From assembly GCA_965216195.1 (NCBI GenBank), contig OZ244151.1, positions 2,510,761-2,574,760 on the forward strand: a stretch of DNA of 64,000 bases, written 5' to 3'. The stretch comes from Aridibacter sp. GTDB lineage: Bacteria > Acidobacteriota > Blastocatellia > Pyrinomonadales > Pyrinomonadaceae. The position numbers and the translations under genes are program-made. Shown one piece after another: positions 28,851 through 38,445 of this stretch. The notes beneath the pieces were generated by a model. The model made no database searches. It was not told the DNA's origin and saw only the letters and a list, made by a program, of their open reading frames with translations. Positions within the stretch are counted from its first letter, which is position 1; each line of letters begins with the position of its first letter.

Positions 28851-30178
28851 TATTGCGCCACAATAACCCCATCCCCTAACTTATCTACGTTGCTGATCGC
28901 TACAACCTCGTTTTCCTGAACGCCGAGTTTGATCTCGATCATGTCGTCTTCAAGTAGGCCCGTCTGCACAACGCGTTCATTTGCGATTCCATCTTTAACA
29001 ACAAAAACAAGATTTCGTTCACCGTCAGCCTTTACCGCTCGTGCCGGAACCATCACGGCAGACTCGGGTTGCGACTGCGTGATCCTCACAGTTGCAAACT
29101 GCCCGGGTTTAAGTAACCCGCCGACATTTTCAATCTCCGCCTCAACCGTCAATGTCCGCGACTGAGGATCGAGACTCGGGAGACTTCGCACGACGGTGCC
29201 GGCAAAATTTCTGTCCGGATACGCCGAAACCTGTGCTGAAACGCCTTGTCCTACACCGACCTTCCCGATTGATTGCTCTGGTACATCTATTTTCAAACGC
29301 AGGATCGCAGTGCGAACAATAGTCGCGATTTTCACGTTTGGCTGGTTTGGTGAAATGTACTCGCCGGGATCGGCATTTCGCTCGGAAATGTAGCCGCTGA
29401 TCGGCGCATAAATAACATTGTCGCTAACTCCCTTTTTCGCCTGATCAACCTGGGTTTGAGCTGTCGCCATTGCCGCTCTCGCATTTCCAACCTGAGTCCG
29501 CGCAGATGCAACTGCCTTTTCGGCCGCCGTTATCGCCTTCATCGCAACTGCCGCATTCGAACGCGCTTCGCTCAGCTGACCGCGCAAGGCGTCGCGCTGT
29601 GACTTTGCTTTATCGTACGCCGAGCGTGAAACATCGCCCGTCGCTAAAAGCTTTTGATAGCGGCTCAATTCCTTTTCCGCTAATTCAAGCTGCGCCTTTA
29701 CCGAGATCACCTGAGAAAAATTATTTATGTTAAACGTCTGCCCGTCTTTTACGCCAAGCCTGACCTGCGCCTGCCGCAAATTCGCGATCGCCTGGTTAAC
29801 GCCCGCTTCTGCTGTTGAGATGGCTTTCCGCTGCTGCTCCACCTGCGCACGCGCTTGTTTTAAGCGTATCTGTGCATCGCCGGCATCGAGTTGTACGAGA
29901 GCGTCACCCCTGCGAACATAGCTGCCAACGTCAAAATTGACTCGAACAACTTTCCCTCCGATAGTCGGCGCGACATTCGACTCGGCGTCGCTCGAAAGTG
30001 TTCCGGTAGCCTCCAAATACGCCGGAATTTTTTCTATCTTCGCTAAGGCGGTTTCGACGTTTACAATTTGCGATTGATCGCTTTCCTTGTTGGCGTTTTC
30101 CTCTGCTGTCGAACCCCCGCAAGCTGAAAAAGTCAAAACCACCGAAAGTAATAAAAATGTTAATTTATATAACTGCAT
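28850..30178 (-). CDS. RND efflux periplasmic adaptor (MFP/HlyD family), lipoprotein
   Basis: Lipobox LTFSACGG, a long alanine/glutamine coiled-coil hairpin, and barrel-sandwich and beta-barrel segments. Confidence 0.9.
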   Translation of the reverse strand: MQLYKLTFLLLSVVLTFSACGGSTAEENANKESDQSQIVNVETALAKIEKIPAYLEATGTLSSDAESNVAPTIGGKVVRVNFDVGSYVRRGDALVQLDAGDAQIRLKQARAQVEQQRKAISTAEAGVNQAIANLRQAQVRLGVKDGQTFNINNFSQVISVKAQLELAEKELSRYQKLLATGDVSRSAYDKAKSQRDALRGQLSEARSNAAVAMKAITAAEKAVASARTQVGNARAAMATAQTQVDQAKKGVSDNVIYAPISGYISERNADPGEYISPNQPNVKIATIVRTAILRLKIDVPEQSIGKVGVGQGVSAQVSAYPDRNFAGTVVRSLPSLDPQSRTLTVEAEIENVGGLLKPGQFATVRITQSQPESAVMVPARAVKADGERNLVFVVKDGIANERVVQTGLLEDDMIEIKLGVQENEVVAISNVDKLGDGVIVAQ

Positions 30179-30186
30179 CTTCTTGT

Positions 30187-30822
30187 TTATTTCTTAATCC
30201 CGTTTAGTAAAATCTTCGCGAACTCCGTCGCTGCTTCTTCATCGGAAATTTTCAGAATTTTTTGATCCGTATCAAAAACAAGATTGTTTATCGAATGGTG
30301 TACAAACATCCCGGAAAACGCCCGCACTACAACACGAGGTTTCAATTCCCTAAACGCACCTTCTTTTTGCCGGAGTTTTATGTATCCGCCGACATGCTCA
30401 TAAATTTCGTTTATTGAGCTTTCGATAAACGAAATCGCAAGGTCGTGTCCTTCCAAAGCCGAATACATCATCAAACGCACAAAGTCTGTGTCGTTGCGAT
30501 GATTCTGAAGAGCGTTAAGCGCCAACGCGTAGAAAACTCCAAAATCATCCCGGTCATCAATCGCCTTCTGGAGCTTTTCAAACGGGTCTTTGAAAAGCGG
30601 GCCGCAGGATTTTTCGTCCAGGATGGCGTGGTAAAGTTCTTCTTTGTTCCTAAAATGTCTGAAAACCATCGCTTCAGAAATCCCCGCCTTTTTGGCGATT
30701 TTCTTCGTCGTCGTCCCCCTAAACCCGTTTTCGCTAAATAGTTTGATTGCTGTCTGGAGTATTTGCGCTCGCCGTTCTTCTCCTGTCATTCGCGAAGTCA
30801 AATTTTCGATCGTTCCGGTCAA
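30187..30822 (-). CDS. TetR/AcrR family transcriptional repressor
   Basis: N-terminal HTH FRGTTTKKIAKKAGISEAMVFRHFRNKEELY. First gene of the efflux operon. Confidence 0.9.
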   Translation of the reverse strand: MTGTIENLTSRMTGEERRAQILQTAIKLFSENGFRGTTTKKIAKKAGISEAMVFRHFRNKEELYHAILDEKSCGPLFKDPFEKLQKAIDDRDDFGVFYALALNALQNHRNDTDFVRLMMYSALEGHDLAISFIESSINEIYEHVGGYIKLRQKEGAFRELKPRVVVRAFSGMFVHHSINNLVFDTDQKILKISDEEAATEFAKILLNGIKK

Positions 30823-30843
30823 AATAGCTTCTCCATTTAGTTA

Positions 30844-30857
30844 AGTAAGTACTTACT
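30844..30857. promoter_or_regulatory. Candidate TetR operator
   Basis: Perfect 14-bp palindrome AGTAAGTACTTACT, 22 nt upstream of the TetR start codon. Confidence 0.55.
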
Positions 30858-31048
30858 AACTTGTAAGATTCGCATTTCGTTGCTACGCTTGTCAAGTAAA
30901 AACCCACTGCCTTAGATCGAACTTTCCTGGCTTCGGATTCGTTACAACTTTTGGAAGACGATTTACATCCGAAAGCTGCGTGGGAAAAAGAGCGCGACGG
31001 TGTTTTTGAGTTTTTAGCAACCAATTGAATAAAGGAGTAAGTATAAAA

Positions 31049-31402
31049 ATGTCAGAATTTGAAAAGGAAGTTGAAAAAGCTGAAAAGGAATTAGAGCAGA
31101 GTTTGATACCGGTTACCGACGAAGCGGCGGGCGATAATTTAGACGATGAGTATTTGGGGGATTTGAAAATGCAAGCGCAGGAATACGGACAGAAGCTTCA
31201 GGATGCTGCTGAAAAAGCGAAAGATTATGCGGGCGAAAAGCTAACGCAGGCGGGTGAAAAGTTTAACGAACTGAAGGAAAAAGATCCGAAGGAATTGGTT
31301 GATGATGCGAAGGAATACGCAAAGAAAAATCCTGGTCAAACGATTCTGATTTCTGCAGGAATTGGTCTTCTGTTAGGGATGCTTTTCCGCGGAAGGAAGT
31401 AA
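31049..31402 (+). CDS. DUF883 (ElaB/YqjD-like) tail-anchored stress protein
   Basis: ATG at 31049 with AGGAG 11 nt upstream. Lys/Glu-rich helical body and a C-terminal anchor GQTILISAGIGLLLGMLFRGRK. Confidence 0.8.
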   Translation: MSEFEKEVEKAEKELEQSLIPVTDEAAGDNLDDEYLGDLKMQAQEYGQKLQDAAEKAKDYAGEKLTQAGEKFNELKEKDPKELVDDAKEYAKKNPGQTILISAGIGLLLGMLFRGRK

Positions 31403-31414
31403 ATCTTGATAAAT

Positions 31415-31891
31415 TTAACGTGTAAGGCGATCCTCATTGGATCGTCTTTTTTTTGCTTCTGGTTTTTCAGTCAGGTCAAACACGACCTGCAATCCACACT
31501 CATCGACAACCCTAAAATTTTCCCTGAGCTCATTTTCAAAACCTGGAGTTCGATAAAGTTTGTTCTTTTCGGCAAGAAAATAGATTGCTCCCCGCTCGGC
31601 GTATTTGCGTACCTGGTATAACGATTGCTGTTCATTACAAATATTAAATCCTTTGCGTCCGAGCCAGTAAAACATACAGGATGCGTTGTAAGCAACGGGC
31701 TTGCCGTGCGGATCAAAACATGGCGCACCTGAAACCAATATCAATCCCGGCTTTCGAAGTTTCGGCGCAAATCTTTCCGAACAGTCCAGGGATTCTGATT
31801 TAACTAGGTGCTCGTACGTATCCGCCCTGATTCCCTTGAGCTGGGTCAAAAACAAAGCAGCAAAAGCGATCAACAACGCCGTGAAGAGCAA
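31415..31891 (-). CDS. Hypothetical membrane-anchored protein (weak call)
   Basis: TTG start with no SD. N-terminal hydrophobic segment LFTALLIAFAALFL. Its last ~14 codons are the reverse complement of the DUF883 terminator. Confidence 0.4.
   Translation of the reverse strand: MLFTALLIAFAALFLTQLKGIRADTYEHLVKSESLDCSERFAPKLRKPGLILVSGAPCFDPHGKPVAYNASCMFYWLGRKGFNICNEQQSLYQVRKYAERGAIYFLAEKNKLYRTPGFENELRENFRVVDECGLQVVFDLTEKPEAKKRRSNEDRLTR
31426..31454 (+). terminator. Rho-independent terminator after DUF883 gene
   Basis: GGCGATCC-TCATT-GGATCGTC (one G-U pair), followed by a T8 run. Confidence 0.7.
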
Positions 31892-31953
31892 GAGAGTTTG
31901 TGTGTTCGAATGGGAATGAATCCTACGATAGATACCTTCGAGCTTCTCGCCGC

Positions 31954-31989
31954 GAAAAAGAAAAGCCGCCGAAGTCTAAACTCCGACGG
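31954..31989 (-). terminator. Rho-independent terminator after radical SAM gene
   Basis: On the minus strand CCGTCGGAG-TTTAGA-CTTCGGCGG forms a 9-bp stem with two G-U pairs. CTTTTCTTTTTC follows. Confidence 0.6.
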
Positions 31990-32013
31990 GCCTATAGAAA
32001 ATCTGCATCACAA

Positions 32014-33570
32014 TTAATTTTGAAATGCGCTGTCCTGATGTGCAGCTCTCTTTCTCTTGTTCGCTGCTCGCCACGTGCCAACCCCCTCTTTTAGCAGCCC
32101 AAAGATCGTCGACCGATTCGCAAACAGCAGTTTGACCCAATCCATTCTGCGCATCTGCGGAAAATAGATTCCCCTGAAAAACACACGCGCGACAAAATGA
32201 CTGATCCTCGATTGAATCGGAGAATCCTTGATCGACTCCAGCGCGGCAGCATTTCGCTCCGGACTGTAAGATCTCGACCAGGCATAATCAACCTCGGCTT
32301 TCGCTTCAGAAATCTCCATTTTCGAAGGCTTGTGAGCCATCAAAAACGGGGCAAACTCAAGCCAGTGTTTTGGACGAGCCAGCCGCCCTTCCTTCTGAAG
32401 TCTTTCGTAAAGCGGTGTCGCCGGAAACGGAGTCAGCTGACCAAAAACCGGCAATCCTGGAGCCCAACTCTCGATCTCATCAACAGTTCGTTTCGCAACC
32501 CCCTTCGTGTCGTTGTCCATTCCGAAAATGAACGAGGTGATCGCATAAATGTCTCTTTTCGCAAGTCGGTCTAAAACCTCTTTGTAATCGCCGGGCCGCG
32601 AGAAATTCTTGTTAACCGAAGCCATATTATTGGGATCAATCGATTCCATTCCGATGAATATCCACTTTCCGCCTGACTCCTGAATAAGATCAACAAGTTC
32701 TTCATCTTTCAGAAGATTCGCGCTGATTTGCGCCACCCAGGGCAGCTGAGCCCCGGCGTTTATGATCTCGCGCAGAAGCCCCTTAAGTCGCTTTTTGTTT
32801 ATTGCGAGATTATCGTCGATAAAGAAAACGGCCATCTGACCCTTTTCGCTCTTTGCCCGTTTCTTAAGCCTTAGAAGTTCCTCAACCACGCTTTCGTTTG
32901 TTCGAAACCTGATAGAATCGCCAAAAAACCCGGTCACCGTACAAAACTCACATCCATACGGACACCCGCGTCCGGTTTCTATCGGAACGACAAAGAATTT
33001 CCCCCAACCCTCTCCGAGTTTAGACAACAGCGGACGAGCAAATTTCGGAACAAGACTAAATTGATCCAGATCCAAAGTCTCCCACGGAATATGTGGATAT
33101 GGCTGAAGAGTCGGTTTTACATCATTCCCTTTTTCATCAAACTCCGGCTGGTAAATGTCTTTGAGTTCACCATTTACGGCATCTTCGATCATCAACGGCC
33201 AAGTCGCATCGGCTTCTCCAAGCGCAACCGCATCAGCGTAACGCTTCCCGCCATCTCTACCAAGTGCCTCATCAGGACACTCAGTTACGTGAGGTCCGCC
33301 CATGACTACCTTAAATCCCGCACCGCGCAACGCATCGGCAACCTTGTAGGCCCTTGCAACCATCCGCGTCATCGCGCCGATTCCAACCAATCCGATATTT
33401 TCGTTGCGGCAAAACTCGATTAACTCTTCGCGGGTCATCGATTTTGCGTTGCCGTCGATTAAAATTACTTCGTGTTCCCTCGGAGTCAATGCTTGAAGCA
33501 AAAACATCCAAAGATGCGGCATAAAATTGCGGGTTATCCCGTTGTCCGGGTTATATAAAAGAATTTTCAT
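32014..33570 (-). CDS. B12-binding-domain radical SAM protein (class B; substrate unknown)
   Basis: N-terminal Rossmann-like B12 domain (KILLYNP...VGIGAMT...). The radical SAM cluster motif CPYGCEFC is present. A long C-terminal extension follows. Confidence 0.88.
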   Translation of the reverse strand: MKILLYNPDNGITRNFMPHLWMFLLQALTPREHEVILIDGNAKSMTREELIEFCRNENIGLVGIGAMTRMVARAYKVADALRGAGFKVVMGGPHVTECPDEALGRDGGKRYADAVALGEADATWPLMIEDAVNGELKDIYQPEFDEKGNDVKPTLQPYPHIPWETLDLDQFSLVPKFARPLLSKLGEGWGKFFVVPIETGRGCPYGCEFCTVTGFFGDSIRFRTNESVVEELLRLKKRAKSEKGQMAVFFIDDNLAINKKRLKGLLREIINAGAQLPWVAQISANLLKDEELVDLIQESGGKWIFIGMESIDPNNMASVNKNFSRPGDYKEVLDRLAKRDIYAITSFIFGMDNDTKGVAKRTVDEIESWAPGLPVFGQLTPFPATPLYERLQKEGRLARPKHWLEFAPFLMAHKPSKMEISEAKAEVDYAWSRSYSPERNAAALESIKDSPIQSRISHFVARVFFRGIYFPQMRRMDWVKLLFANRSTIFGLLKEGVGTWRAANKRKRAAHQDSAFQN

Positions 33571-33592
33571 TTGTGGTCTCGATCGTTGGGGG

Positions 33593-33631
33593 TAACATGC
33601 GTGCTTTGGCTAAACCTAGGCACACATGTTA
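33593..33631 (-). promoter_or_regulatory. Strong intercistronic hairpin between RRM gene and radical SAM gene
   Basis: TAACATGCGTGC pairs with GCACACATGTTA (12 positions, one mismatch) around a 15-nt loop. No U-tract follows. Confidence 0.4.
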
Positions 33632-33653
33632 AATAGGTTGAAAAATAAACCAA

Positions 33654-33932
33654 CTACCAACGGTTTCGTCCACCACCGCCGCCACGATTTTCACGTGGCT
33701 TTGCTTCGTTCACTTTCAGCTCACGACCATCGAGTTCCTTTCCGTCAAGTTCGGAAATCGCTTTTTGTCCTTCTTCCTGGCTAGACATTTCCACAAAGCC
33801 AAAGCCTCGCGAACGTCCAGTGTCACGGTCGGTAATCACGTTCGCAGACTCTACCGTTCCAATTTCGCCAAAATAGTCTTCCAAATCCTGTTCGGATATA
33901 TTAAATGAAATGTTTCCTACGTATAGTTTCAT
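33654..33932 (-). CDS. RRM-type RNA-binding protein
   Basis: RNP2 KLYVGNI and RNP1 RGFGFVEM. Gly/Arg-rich tail ENRGGGGGRNRW. Confidence 0.92.
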   Translation of the reverse strand: MKLYVGNISFNISEQDLEDYFGEIGTVESANVITDRDTGRSRGFGFVEMSSQEEGQKAISELDGKELDGRELKVNEAKPRENRGGGGGRNRW

Positions 33933-34290
33933 AATTTAAAATGTACCTTGCCCCTAAAAAAGCATGGGGTGTAAAAAGAAGCTCGAATCGAATTGTATTT
34001 CGTAGAAACTATTGTCTCGGCGAAGAATCGGTGTTCGTGTGCTCGTCTTAAGCTGCTTCTATCGTTATAAACAGCCAACTCTCAGTTATCCAAAAACGCC
34101 GTCGAGTTTGAAACAAGCACAAAAAGTGCGAGAGAAGGATTAGTAGTAATGACTATGCACGTTTAAAAGTGATTATGCAAGCTTATTTATTTGTCTGTCT
34201 AAGTGTAAACATTGTTAAATGGTGCAGGGTTTTGTAAGATAGTCTACGGAGCCTTTGAGCTTCAAAACTCAAGAACTCAGGAGCCACCTT

Positions 34291-34467
34291 ATGTCACAAC
34301 CCTTCCTCTTGTTCATTTTGCTACTTTCTGTTTTGATGCTGTATTTGGGCTTATCTAACGTTGATATGACAAAACCTCTGGTAGAAGCAATGAGTCCAGG
34401 ATTGATCTTTTGGTTTGTAGTATTGGTTATCAGTGCCGGCAAACTCTTTCCTGGAAAAGCTAAGTAG
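34291..34467 (+). CDS. Small two-TM membrane protein (hypothetical)
   Basis: ATG at 34291 with AGGAG 8 nt upstream. Two hydrophobic segments in 58 aa. Confidence 0.4.
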   Translation: MSQPFLLFILLLSVLMLYLGLSNVDMTKPLVEAMSPGLIFWFVVLVISAGKLFPGKAK

Positions 34468-37400
34468 TTAACTCGTCAACCTCCGATAAATATTCGGCAA
34501 CTTCTCCGGCAAACTCAACACATCATCGATTATCGTGTACCCAACTTCACCGTACAAATCCTTGAGTTCCTGCTCCGAATCCCGGTCAATCGTTATGCAG
34601 AAAGGCGTTACCCCGCTCATGCGCGCTTCAGTTAAAGCCTCACGAACGTCTTCCTTTGCATATTTTGCGTCTCCGTAATCATGATCGTAGGGTCTGCCGT
34701 CAGTAAGAATAATCATCAGTTTGGTGCGAGATTCCTGGCTCAATAATTTATGGGCGGCATGTCGAATAGCGGCACCAAGACGCGTATTGTTTTGAAACGT
34801 AATCCCGCCGATTCGACGCTCGATCTCCTCAGAATAGGTCTCGCCAAAATCTTTGACGACGTAAAATTTCACATTTCGTCTGCCCTCGGATGTAAAACCG
34901 TTGATCGAATAAATGTCGCCCACGGCTTCGAGCGCCTCGCTCATCAAAACCAATCCTTCTTTTTCGATTTCGATAATTCGCCTTCCCGGATGGGTATATG
35001 GTTGAAGTGGATTTCGAGTAATTGTTCGCGCAGTCGAGGAAGATTGATCGAGCAAAAGAGAAACCGCAACGTCGCGCTCTCGGCGGAGCCTTTTTGTGTA
35101 AAGTCTTTCGGATTGCTGTCCGTCCGCTCGTTTATCGACACAGTAGTCAATTACAGCATTCAGATCATACTCCTCGCCGTCCAATTCACGGTTGATCTTT
35201 GTAAGGTTTTCGGGCTTCATCAGTTGAAACTGATGCCTGACGGAAGAAATCACCCCGCGATAACGACTCCTCGCAAGTTCGACAAAATTACGATCGCCCT
35301 TTCTCACATGCTTTTCAATCACGCGGCACCAATCCGTCCGAAAATCTGCCAACTCCCGATCCCATTCGTCGTACGAAAAAGCCTCATCGCCCGCTTCAAG
35401 AGGCTGCTCAGGCATGTCGTTAAACGCCCAATTCTCCGAACCAGATAAATCCTGTGGGTCGCCGTCTTCATCATCTGTTGTATTCCATGCGTTAAAGAGA
35501 TCGCGGATATCTTCCCGTGATTTCGGCTCTCGTTTTACCTGCGATTCCGTAACGGCTTCGCCCTCAGCCTGGGTTTCCGAGTATTCACCTTCCTCATGTT
35601 TTTCGTCAGAAGGTTCCTGTTGGGTTTCCTCCGGAGTGATATTTTGGAAAAGGTTATAAACGCGGCTCGTCGCCATTATTGAATCAGCAACCGTTGGCGA
35701 AGAATTTTCAGCCTCAGAGGCTTCAGATTTCTGACTGCGTATCGCGGCATCAATAACGGTTTCTATCTCCGAAAGGACCTGACCGTAAAACTGCTTTGCG
35801 TCGTCAGTCGCTCCACCACACATCGTAATTTGAAAAAGGAGTTCAAAAGGAACCTGCTCGACGGGTAAGTCAAAAATATATGGCCTGCGCTCACGTAAAA
35901 ACTCCTGCATCAAGTCAAGATCTTTTACGAGACCCCGATAGGTTTGGCGCAAAAATGAATCAATTCGTGCGTTTTCCATTGTGCCAAATATTTTCCTTGC
36001 GAGGGACACTTCCGGAAAAACTTTTAAGACCGCTTTATAATCCGCGTTTTTCGGAACTCGCTTTTGTTGTTTTTCAAATTCCTTTCTGAATTCCTCCTCG
36101 CTAAGTGCTGTTTCGCCTTTCTCCACCTCCTCGATATATCCCGCCAAAGAAAACGCATCCAGCTGCTCAGCTGAAGCACTATATCGTTCGTTAAGTTCTA
36201 CAAAGGCGGCTTCTAATTCAACTGTCCCAGCCGCAAAAGTTCCAAACTCAATCTGACCCGCACCGTGAGCAGCAAGCACTTTGTATAGTCTGAAGTCCAA
36301 ATTTTCGTTATCAAATTCATTTACATTTGAGGGTAAGTATATGGTTTTACCATCCCCAATTCTCGATTCCTGCGGCATTGCCGAAAGGGGGGCGATTTCG
36401 ACCTCTTTGCCGGTCAAACCTTCCACATAAATACGTAAAACGGTTTGAATGCTCTCGAGCGGCAATCCTTCCTGAGCCTCCTGTAGCAACTCGTTTGACC
36501 GCCTTGTTTCAAGCGCGAAAAATGATCGCCGTGCCTTAGGTGATACCTCCTGTTTTGTGGCAAGCCCTGTTTGAGCCCACTCTTCAAATTGTTCGAGCGA
36601 AACCTTCTTGAGCGCCTTTGCACTCGACCGAAACGCTGCAAGCGCGCTTTCAGCATCGGTCTCAGCGACTTCGCGAACGAGATCCAAAACGCGTTTCGAA
36701 ATTTTTATCGCGTCGTCACGGTTTTTAAGCTGTCCGATCTGCGAAAAAAAATTCGGGCTCGAGCGCAGCAGCGAAATCAAAACAGCGTTTCCGTGCTCGG
36801 CAAATTGCTCCAAGACACCGCACCATTTATCAAAAACCGCATCAAATTTCTCAAGCGTTTTGCCGCCAGATGTAACGAAGTGGAGAGTTACGCTTCCGCC
36901 ATATCCTAAAAACTCGTTTGCCCGCGTCATCAAAAGCGTGGCATTTTTGGCCGATAGATTCTCAAATACCTTGGGCAGGCTCGACCACAAATCCGCCGTC
37001 ATACCGCCGGTTCGGTTAGCAAATTGAGAAGCCAGCTTTAAGGTTGCCTCCGCTACCGGGGGCTGATCATCACCATATTTTTCAAGGGTGCTTGCGACCT
37101 CCGGCGTTTTTTGTAAAAAGTCGGCTGAGTGCTTAGCAGAGCGCCCCGCAATCTCCGAAGCAAGCGCTAAAATATCAACGAATAATTCCGCGTCATCAAT
37201 CTCCTTTGCTAAGCCGGGAATAAGTTCAAACGTTTCAAGGGTAATTGTGCTTGAGAGGATTAACTGCCGCGAACATATTTGAAAAACATAAGGTCGCGCC
37301 GCAGCCGGAACTTTTCTTAATCTTTGAATCCCATTCTGAAAAAACTCAACGCCCAGATCAGCACTGGTCATCGCAATTTTTCGCCCAATCTCGGCCCAGG

Positions 37401-37608
37401 CGCGTATATCGTCGGCGGACAAGAGTTTGGCGGCTTTCGGTACGGCTTCTACGAATTCTCTGCTCACGCGAAGCGAAACCGCCGCCAATGACGCACTCAT
37501 CTCTAACGAAACTTTCTTTTTATCCGATGAGAGACGGCTAAAATGACGAGCCAATCCGGTGATCGTTTGCTTTCTATCGTGAGATGAATCTTGAAAGTTG
37601 TCGGGCAT
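34468..37608 (-). CDS. Large VWA-domain protein, NorD/CbbO-like
   Basis: The C-terminal ~230 aa carry the MIDAS motif [15 protein letters not shown] and ...CITIDRD..., as in the NorD/CbbO VWA domain. The N-terminal ~750 aa are helical, with an acidic linker. Confidence 0.85.
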   Translation of the reverse strand: MPDNFQDSSHDRKQTITGLARHFSRLSSDKKKVSLEMSASLAAVSLRVSREFVEAVPKAAKLLSADDIRAWAEIGRKIAMTSADLGVEFFQNGIQRLRKVPAAARPYVFQICSRQLILSSTITLETFELIPGLAKEIDDAELFVDILALASEIAGRSAKHSADFLQKTPEVASTLEKYGDDQPPVAEATLKLASQFANRTGGMTADLWSSLPKVFENLSAKNATLLMTRANEFLGYGGSVTLHFVTSGGKTLEKFDAVFDKWCGVLEQFAEHGNAVLISLLRSSPNFFSQIGQLKNRDDAIKISKRVLDLVREVAETDAESALAAFRSSAKALKKVSLEQFEEWAQTGLATKQEVSPKARRSFFALETRRSNELLQEAQEGLPLESIQTVLRIYVEGLTGKEVEIAPLSAMPQESRIGDGKTIYLPSNVNEFDNENLDFRLYKVLAAHGAGQIEFGTFAAGTVELEAAFVELNERYSASAEQLDAFSLAGYIEEVEKGETALSEEEFRKEFEKQQKRVPKNADYKAVLKVFPEVSLARKIFGTMENARIDSFLRQTYRGLVKDLDLMQEFLRERRPYIFDLPVEQVPFELLFQITMCGGATDDAKQFYGQVLSEIETVIDAAIRSQKSEASEAENSSPTVADSIMATSRVYNLFQNITPEETQQEPSDEKHEEGEYSETQAEGEAVTESQVKREPKSREDIRDLFNAWNTTDDEDGDPQDLSGSENWAFNDMPEQPLEAGDEAFSYDEWDRELADFRTDWCRVIEKHVRKGDRNFVELARSRYRGVISSVRHQFQLMKPENLTKINRELDGEEYDLNAVIDYCVDKRADGQQSERLYTKRLRRERDVAVSLLLDQSSSTARTITRNPLQPYTHPGRRIIEIEKEGLVLMSEALEAVGDIYSINGFTSEGRRNVKFYVVKDFGETYSEEIERRIGGITFQNNTRLGAAIRHAAHKLLSQESRTKLMIILTDGRPYDHDYGDAKYAKEDVREALTEARMSGVTPFCITIDRDSEQELKDLYGEVGYTIIDDVLSLPEKLPNIYRRLTS

Positions 37609-37755
37609 CTACTTAGTTTAAGAACTATTAGGATTCCGTGCAAAAAGACTCTGATCGGGTCTAGATCATGCTGACGGTTTTTCGACAACCAAAAGCGACG
37701 CATCAGCTTCAAACAGTTGAAAAATCGCCCCCTTAAAAATAAACTTAAACACCCG

Positions 37756-38445
37756 ATGAAAAATTTGATTTCTACAATCCTTTTGTGTCTCATTGCCTTT
37801 TCTGCTTTAGCAGTTGGGCAGGAGACTAAACCCAAGGAAACAACCAAGTCCGGCGAAAAGCCTGAAGCGAAAAAGGCCAATCAACGTCCCGCGGAACCCG
37901 AGCACAAACCCGAACCTTTTGATGATGTTGACGTCAAGACAATGGCGACCAAATGCGTAAACCTTGAAACCGAAAAAGGAAATATAAAGCTCGAAATGTT
38001 TCCCGAAAGCGCGCCAAACACGGTTCGAAACTTTTTGAATCTGGTTGCTGTCAAAGCTCTTGATAACACCACTTTTAGCCGCGTTGTTCCTGATTTTGTT
38101 ATTCAAGGCGGCGATCTGTATACAAACGAAAATATCACCACGGAAATGAAATGGAGAGCCGTTCGAAGTCTCGTCGATGAGCCAAATCCGATAAAGCACG
38201 AAGTAGGCGTGATCTCGATGGCGCGGGGCGACGAACCCAATTCTGCAACCACGAGTTTCTTCATATTGCTTACCGATTACAATGCACTCGACGGAAAATT
38301 TGCTGCGTTCGGAAGGGTAAATGATGGTTTGGATGTCGTTAAAGCGATAAATAAAATGCCTGTGAAAAACGAAAAGCCCGATAAGCCGATTCGAATTGTA
38401 AAAGCCTCGATCGAAAACTGCGCGGTCGCTGAAGAATCTCAATAA
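37756..38445 (+). CDS. Secreted cyclophilin-type peptidyl-prolyl isomerase
   Basis: Signal peptide MKNLISTILLCLIAFSALAVG. FSRVVPDFVIQGGD and ...GVISMAR...NSATTSFFI are cyclophilin motifs. Confidence 0.9.
   Translation: MKNLISTILLCLIAFSALAVGQETKPKETTKSGEKPEAKKANQRPAEPEHKPEPFDDVDVKTMATKCVNLETEKGNIKLEMFPESAPNTVRNFLNLVAVKALDNTTFSRVVPDFVIQGGDLYTNENITTEMKWRAVRSLVDEPNPIKHEVGVISMARGDEPNSATTSFFILLTDYNALDGKFAAFGRVNDGLDVVKAINKMPVKNEKPDKPIRIVKASIENCAVAEESQ

Noticed and set aside
31025-31048. TTG start extending the DUF883 gene by 8 codons.
   Set aside because: The AGGAG at 31033-31037 lies inside that extension and is correctly spaced for the ATG at 31049.
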